Assembly: GCA_963723105.1 (NCBI GenBank)
Contig: CAVRPK010000003.1
Span: 9,206-73,205, forward strand
Direction of reading: 5' to 3'
Origin: an uncultured Candidatus Micrarchaeota archaeon
GTDB lineage: Archaea > Micrarchaeota > Micrarchaeia > Anstonellales > Bilamarchaeaceae
Length of the DNA stretch: 64,000 nt
Made by a program: the position numbers and the translations under genes. Shown piece by piece: positions 58,472 to 64,000 of the stretch (position 1 is its first letter; every line of letters starts with the position of its first letter). The notes below the pieces were generated by a model. It saw nothing but the letters and a program-made list of their open reading frames with translations, had not been told where the DNA came from and searched no databases.

Positions 58472-59545
58472 TTATAATTCCACATGTCTCAATTCGTTTA
58501 AAGATTTCACCAATGCATCAATGGCTTTGGCTACTGCAGTTAACGGCTCCGGATCTTGTTCTGAATTCTCCATTAAATCAAGACTGTGTGTGCCTAATGT
58601 GCACAAGTTCTCCAACATCATGAGAAGTACTCTTCTATCTACATCTGACCAATCTATTGGCACAACAGTTCCAAATTCTGATTGGTCTTTCTTTATTCCA
58701 TTGAGCAGTCTTAATGTACTGAGATCAAATTGAGTATTATCCTCTCTCTCAAGCTTAGATATCAGCAATTGGATATCTATAATAATCTGATTCGTTTGTG
58801 CAAGTGAGAGAATCTCTTGGATCAACTCTTCCCGGATCTTTCCAGGGTATCTTTCCACATAATCATAGTCCAAGTCCCTACCGGATTCTTCTCCTAAGCG
58901 ATTTAATGTGTGCCTTGCAGCCATTACAGATCCACTTTTTGCATGTTTAACTGCTAATTCCAGGTAATATCGAAATTCGCTTTCGGCTGCACTTTTCGCA
59001 ATCTCCTCAATTATATCTGAAGGTGCCTCAAATCCAAATTGTTTTGTCAACCCGATCGCTTTATGGAGTGTTAAACTTACGAATTCCCAAACTGAGGAAT
59101 ATCTTTCTTTTGCCAACTTCCTGGCAGCTTCCAAAACTGGATGATTCTCAAAGATAAAATCTTGCAATTCTCGGATTGCCGAAGGCCCGAGTTCTCTTGC
59201 TAAATCTATTGATTCAGTTGCATTTTTCAAAACGCTCCTGTATTCATACTGCTTTAGCCAGGATTTGTCTGTATCTTTATGCTTTGTTTTTAGATCGAAA
59301 TCATCTGATAGTTTTTCACGGCGTCTTATTAAGTCTCTGTAGTGCTCATGGTGATACCCATAAAGTGCAGTAATCCTTTTTTTTGCTCTTGGCACTACCC
59401 ATTTCAATTCTTTCCCGTGAGCGCAGGCATTTCTTATTATCTTTAGGCGCCTCTTGTAATCTTCTGTTGGCTCAGGATTAAATTTTGGGGCTCTAGCTAT
59501 TCCACGAAACTGCATTGGCATACACCTTATTACATAAATATACAC
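58472..59545 (-). CDS. Hypothetical helical protein
   Basis: 357-aa ORF. No motif recognised. Confidence 0.5.
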   Translation of the reverse strand: MYIYVIRCMPMQFRGIARAPKFNPEPTEDYKRRLKIIRNACAHGKELKWVVPRAKKRITALYGYHHEHYRDLIRRREKLSDDFDLKTKHKDTDKSWLKQYEYRSVLKNATESIDLARELGPSAIRELQDFIFENHPVLEAARKLAKERYSSVWEFVSLTLHKAIGLTKQFGFEAPSDIIEEIAKSAAESEFRYYLELAVKHAKSGSVMAARHTLNRLGEESGRDLDYDYVERYPGKIREELIQEILSLAQTNQIIIDIQLLISKLEREDNTQFDLSTLRLLNGIKKDQSEFGTVVPIDWSDVDRRVLLMMLENLCTLGTHSLDLMENSEQDPEPLTAVAKAIDALVKSLNELRHVEL

Positions 59546-59594
59546 AACAGTTTATAAATATAGTATCGTGAACCCATGTAAAACATACTGGCAA

Positions 59595-60158
59595 TTATTT
59601 TTTTATTTCAACTCTTCCATCTTCAATATAGTATTTCATCTCTATGATTTTTAACTTGCCTTCTTTCTCGAGATTTCTAATTATTTCACTTCTTCTTCGA
59701 ATTTCCTCACTTGCAACATTCATGTTGAAAACAACTGACTCCTCGACTTTGTCTGCCCCCCCCTTTTCAACAGCAGGTCTTATCTTCTCAAGAATTGCTG
59801 CAATATTTGGTGGGCATGGTCCGCCTTGGCAAGCTGCAGTAACTGCTCCGCATTTCTCATGCCCAAGTATAATCAGTAGAGGTGTGTTAAGATGCGCAAC
59901 TCCATATTCAATTGATCCAAGTGCAAGTGTGTCCACACAGTGTCCAGCGTTCATAACTACAAAAATATCCCCGACATTTACATCGAATAAGAATTCCGGA
60001 ACTACTCTTGAGTCTGAACATCCGATTACTGTTGCAAATGGGTGTTGGCTGTCCTTATTTGCTTCTCTGGCACTACCAACATCTTTTTCAGCTAGTTTGC
60101 CGCTCATATATCTCTTATTTCCCTCTAACAATTTGTTTAATGCACTCTCTGCGTCCAT
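59595..60158 (-). CDS. Beta-class carbonic anhydrase
   Basis: GCSDSRVVPE...GHEKCGAV (CxDxR and HxxC zinc site). ATG 60158 is preceded by GGTGA. The ORF-track start at 60176 is TTG. Confidence 0.87.
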   Translation of the reverse strand: MDAESALNKLLEGNKRYMSGKLAEKDVGSAREANKDSQHPFATVIGCSDSRVVPEFLFDVNVGDIFVVMNAGHCVDTLALGSIEYGVAHLNTPLLIILGHEKCGAVTAACQGGPCPPNIAAILEKIRPAVEKGGADKVEESVVFNMNVASEEIRRRSEIIRNLEKEGKLKIIEMKYYIEDGRVEIKK

Positions 60159-60203
60159 AATTAATTCACCTATCAAATAATTCTAGAAATAATCACAGCA
60201 GAT

Positions 60204-61349
60204 ATGTTTAAAATCCCTATTTACCATAATAATATCATGTCTAGCCACATTAGAACACAAACTGGTAAAACTAGGGATGACGAAACAAAGAAAATATTGC
60301 ATTTGCCTCTGAGCTCTTCACGCACACTTGAGCTTAAGGAAAAACACAGGGCAGGTGGACAAGGGGCATTAAATGCAAGAGAATCACGAGAGCTAATGCT
60401 CGGTGGAAATGTTGCTCACCAGGAAAAGGTTGTTGCTTCTGGAGCTACTCCAAAAGCAAGACACAACAAGATCGTTGCCAAAGAAGCTGATTATCTGGTT
60501 GTTGCTTGTTCTGATGCAAGAAACCAAACATTGGATTCTGAAGAAGATGCTGATAAATTAGTCGGACTTCAAATTCGGGTTGCAGGAAATGTTATTCCGA
60601 AGAGCGGAGTCTCACGGGATGAAATCAAAGAAGCTGCAGAAGGACTTAGGGAAGGCGGTCTTGTTTTGATTACTGCTCATATTAATTGCGGTGCTGTTGC
60701 AGAGCATGTAAAATGGGAAGCTGGAGGGTGCTGCGATACTGGCAGCGAACCTTTGAATAAATTACTCCATGCAGTGAAAGGAGAAAATCCAAAAGAAAAC
60801 GCACTCGCGCAGCTTGAACATCTCAAGAAAATAGTAGGTGATGATAAATCTGTTGCTGCTGTTATTTATGATTGGGAAGCTGGAACATATGAAATTCTCA
60901 GTCCTGAGCCTTCTGAACTTGTTGAAATATTAACCTCAAAATGGGAAATGGCACACAAACGTGCAGATGATGGTACTTTGGGAGAAAGGCTTAGCGCAAC
61001 TCAAAAACCACACGCAATCGTCATCGGAAGCAATGATATGCCATTTAGCGTTGATACTGTATTTGATTCAGAGCAGAACGCAATCTTCTCAACAACCGGC
61101 TCTAGCGGTGGACTTGACAATTATGATGAGGCTTCAATACTCTATGCAGTAGAGCATCTTGGAGTAAGTCATATTGCATTTGTTGCGCCAGAAACCGATT
61201 CCAATCCCGCAATGTTTGACAAGTGGGAAGCTGATATCAGATCAATGGGAGCTGTTGCAGAAAAGCTTGATTCTGGCGCATTGAAGATTACAAGGTTCGG
61301 ATATGACCTTTCAAACGGTGCATGCAAAGATACGCAGACGTCTGCATAG
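60204..61349 (+). CDS. Beta-carbonic-anhydrase-like protein with one intact and one degenerate CA-like half
   Basis: First half: VVACSDARNQ...TAHINCGAV, with ligands present. Second half: IVIGSNDMP...IAFVAPETD, with ligands lost. An alternative ATG is at 60237. Confidence 0.6.
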   Translation: MFKIPIYHNNIMSSHIRTQTGKTRDDETKKILHLPLSSSRTLELKEKHRAGGQGALNARESRELMLGGNVAHQEKVVASGATPKARHNKIVAKEADYLVVACSDARNQTLDSEEDADKLVGLQIRVAGNVIPKSGVSRDEIKEAAEGLREGGLVLITAHINCGAVAEHVKWEAGGCCDTGSEPLNKLLHAVKGENPKENALAQLEHLKKIVGDDKSVAAVIYDWEAGTYEILSPEPSELVEILTSKWEMAHKRADDGTLGERLSATQKPHAIVIGSNDMPFSVDTVFDSEQNAIFSTTGSSGGLDNYDEASILYAVEHLGVSHIAFVAPETDSNPAMFDKWEADIRSMGAVAEKLDSGALKITRFGYDLSNGACKDTQTSA

Positions 61350-61352
61350 TTG

Positions 61353-62240
61353 TTATTCCAAGATTTCGATGGAATCAACAACTCCATCGCCATCTTCATC
61401 ATATCCTGCAACTACATGATTCATTTTTTCATCTTTAATATCTATTTTTTCTTTTACAAGAGCAATAACAGCTGCTCTCGTTCCATGACTGTTTAGTCCT
61501 CCTATTAGAAGAACTTTCTTGTTTTTGTTGTGTGGATTTTTAATCAGCTCAATTACTCCCACGTTCTCTTCATATTTCTTTCCTGTTATCTCACTTTTTA
61601 CAATGAAATTTTTCTCATCAAATTTGATCGGCAGTTTATCGTTTATGTCATGTACAAATGTATTGACCTTTGGACCGCCCGCGACAATAAGGTTTCTCTC
61701 TCTTAGTTTCTTGTTCATTCTAACATCAAGTGAATAAAGCGGAAAATCAAATGTTGCATGCTGACCAAGATACATTGCAAGCTCCAGCATTCCATAGTCG
61801 CTTCCTCTTGCTCTATATTTTCCATGGGGCTCTGGGGAACCTATGACAATAGAAGCATCAAAAAATCCATCTCTGATAAATGGCTGAATTATCTTTGGAA
61901 CTGGTTTTGTTGTAATCGAACTTTTTTTCCACTTTGTTTGGTTTATCACAATGGCAAGACTTTCTGCTCTGCTTCGATATCTTTTTGCAATTCCTCCATT
62001 TTTCTCCTCATAATCAACAAACTCCAAAAGATTTGCTTTCTCAAGAATTTTTATATGATAATAAATCGTTTGCAAAGGCATTTTCAATTTGCGGGCAAGC
62101 TCTGCTGGGTATGACGGCTCATTGCAGATCATCTTCAAGATCTCGAGTCTATCTCTCGACAGTGCACTGATTGTATTTGAATCAATGCTCAGACAACCCA
62201 GGGATTTTCCATCATCGTTAAACAGTCTCATACGAACCAC
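61353..62240 (-). CDS. ArsR-type winged-helix transcription regulator with a large C-terminal domain
   Basis: RLEILKMICNEPSYPAELARKLKMPLQTIYYHIKILEKANLLEF. Confidence 0.68.
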   Translation of the reverse strand: MVRMRLFNDDGKSLGCLSIDSNTISALSRDRLEILKMICNEPSYPAELARKLKMPLQTIYYHIKILEKANLLEFVDYEEKNGGIAKRYRSRAESLAIVINQTKWKKSSITTKPVPKIIQPFIRDGFFDASIVIGSPEPHGKYRARGSDYGMLELAMYLGQHATFDFPLYSLDVRMNKKLRERNLIVAGGPKVNTFVHDINDKLPIKFDEKNFIVKSEITGKKYEENVGVIELIKNPHNKNKKVLLIGGLNSHGTRAAVIALVKEKIDIKDEKMNHVVAGYDEDGDGVVDSIEILE

Positions 62241-62324
62241 TATGAAAATTTTTGAATACTATTAAAGTTTTTTCAATAGTAGTTTTAAAAATACTTTTGG
62301 TTTTACCTTTCCTGTGATTAACTT

Positions 62325-64000
62325 ATGTGCGGAATTATTGGTTATATAGGTTCAAACGTAGCTTCTCAAATTCTTACAGAAGGCCTCAAGAGACTTGAAT
62401 ATCGAGGGTATGATTCTGTTGGAATAGCAGTACTGGATAGCTCAAGTCTTGAAATTCGCAAAGATATCGGAATGGTTGATGAAGTTTCAACAGCTCTTCA
62501 ATTCACAAATGTTAATGGGCATATTGGCCTTGGACACACTAGGTGGGCAACTCATGGATCTGTTTGTCGTGAGAACTCCCATCCCCATTTTGACTCCAGT
62601 AAAAAAATAGTTGCAGCACACAATGGAGTTATTGAAAATTTTTCTAAACTCAGAGATGATCTACTGTCAAAGGGACACAAATTTGTATCTGATACTGATT
62701 CAGAACTTATCCCCCATCTAATCGAAGAACATGCAAAAGATTCCAATCTTCTAAAGGCATTTATCAAATCTGTTTTGGATATACAAGGTTCCTATGCAAT
62801 AGTTGCACTCAGCTCTGCTGATAGTGAGGAGCGATTATTTTTAGCTAGAAAAAACAGCCCGCTTATTATCGGAGTTGGTCAAGGGGAAATGTTCTGTGCT
62901 TCTGATATTTCTGCAATGCTCAAACATACCAAGACTTTTGTTCCTCTTGAAGAAGGAGACATTGCAATTCTCACAAAAACAGGATACAAAGTTTATTCAG
63001 TTGATGGATCAGAAGTCCAAAGAAAACAGATAACAGTTGATTGGAACGAGGATATCGCTCAGAAAGGCGGCTATTCTCATTTCATGCTAAAGGAGATCCA
63101 TGATCAAAAGCATTTTATCAATGAAAGTCTTGCAACAGATGTTACAGAAGCAAAAAAACTAATTGGAGAATATGAAAAGATACATGTTCTTGGCTGCGGT
63201 ACTTCTTATCATGCTGGATTGATACTTGCCCATCTTCTTCCAGATAAAAATATTCAAGCCTTTATTGCAAGCGATTATCCATTTGTAGCAAAACCGGATG
63301 AAAAAACATTAATCATAGCAATAAGCCAGAGCGGTGAAACTGCTGATATTCTGCAGGCACTTCGCTTTGCAAAAAATTCTTCAAAAATAGCAATAACAAA
63401 TACTGTTGAATCTACAATAACTAGAATTTGCGATATTACTGTTTATCTTAATTCCGGCCCTGAAATCGGGGTTGCGGCAACCAAGACATTCACGTCTCAA
63501 CTTGCAGTAATTTTCAAGCTTGCCCAGGAAAAGCCCGAAGGTCTTTCTGCTATCATCGAGAAAATGATTGAAAAAGAAAATGAAATCAAGGCAATTGCAG
63601 CAAAGCTTGCTGGAAGCGAGCATGCATTCTTTTTAGCGCGAGGCCTAAACGTTCCAATTGCCAATGAGGGCTCTCTAAAATTCAAGGAAATTACATATAT
63701 TCATTCAGAGGCATATCCTGGCGGAGAGCTTAAGCACGGAACACTGAGCCTTATTACTGATGGAACTCCAATTATCGCTCTTGCTCCAAAAGATGAGACT
63801 GCCGTGAAGCTTCTTGGAAACATCAAAGAAGCAAAAGCAAGAGGGGGCTTGATAATCAGCCTAACTAATGATGATAATATAAAAGAAGAAAGTGATTTTG
63901 TTATTGGTCTTCCGGATATTGAAGTTTCACTGTATCCGTTTGCACTAATCGTTCCACTGCAGCTACTTGCCTACCATGTGAGTGTGCTACGTGGAATAAA
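62325..64000 (+). CDS. glmS: Glutamine--fructose-6-phosphate aminotransferase (3' end beyond the window)
   Basis: The N-terminus MCGIIGYIGS (Ntn Cys), then GHTRWATHG and SIS-domain motifs (ISQSGETADIL). It remains open to the window end. Confidence 0.93.
   Translation, partial: MCGIIGYIGSNVASQILTEGLKRLEYRGYDSVGIAVLDSSSLEIRKDIGMVDEVSTALQFTNVNGHIGLGHTRWATHGSVCRENSHPHFDSSKKIVAAHNGVIENFSKLRDDLLSKGHKFVSDTDSELIPHLIEEHAKDSNLLKAFIKSVLDIQGSYAIVALSSADSEERLFLARKNSPLIIGVGQGEMFCASDISAMLKHTKTFVPLEEGDIAILTKTGYKVYSVDGSEVQRKQITVDWNEDIAQKGGYSHFMLKEIHDQKHFINESLATDVTEAKKLIGEYEKIHVLGCGTSYHAGLILAHLLPDKNIQAFIASDYPFVAKPDEKTLIIAISQSGETADILQALRFAKNSSKIAITNTVESTITRICDITVYLNSGPEIGVAATKTFTSQLAVIFKLAQEKPEGLSAIIEKMIEKENEIKAIAAKLAGSEHAFFLARGLNVPIANEGSLKFKEITYIHSEAYPGGELKHGTLSLITDGTPIIALAPKDETAVKLLGNIKEAKARGGLIISLTNDDNIKEESDFVIGLPDIEVSLYPFALIVPLQLLAYHVSVLRGI

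Overview
AT-rich archaeal chromosomal segment, read by eye at roughly 35-40% GC. Product calls come from motif recognition in the supplied and my own translations; no database search was run. Archaeal identity rests on aEF-2, uS12/uS7, eL40, aRF1 (NIKS/GGQ), Orc1/Cdc6, RNase P Rpp21, an NMD3-like protein, Mre11, GGPP synthase, DUF63/DUF2070-type membrane proteins and intron-containing tRNAs. The small, patchy gene set and many lipoproteins or surface proteins suggest a DPANN-like lineage, which is inference only. Many genes have a TATA-like box about 25-30 nt upstream of the ATG, so transcripts are probably leaderless.

Layout:
- 1-10 kb: a uS12-uS7 ... aEF-2 cluster split by a 6 kb insert.
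- 10-20 kb: accessory genes and two tRNAs, with repeat scars.
- 21.9-39.3 kb: a surface-glycan island with GT2 x3, a pyruvyl transferase, a Wzx flippase, GT-C-like membrane proteins, a GT4 and three further PaaK/F390-synthetase-like ligase genes (four in the window). Several of these genes are frame-disrupted.
- 40.9-45.4 kb: the most unusual locus. A three-gene cassette (small helical protein / gluzincin-like HExxH protein / small helical protein) is present twice and brackets orc1/cdc6. The HExxH proteins are essentially lysine-free (0 and 2 Lys).
- 45.5-64 kb: mostly housekeeping genes, plus a beta-carbonic-anhydrase pair.

No rRNA, CRISPR array, transposase or integrase was recognised.
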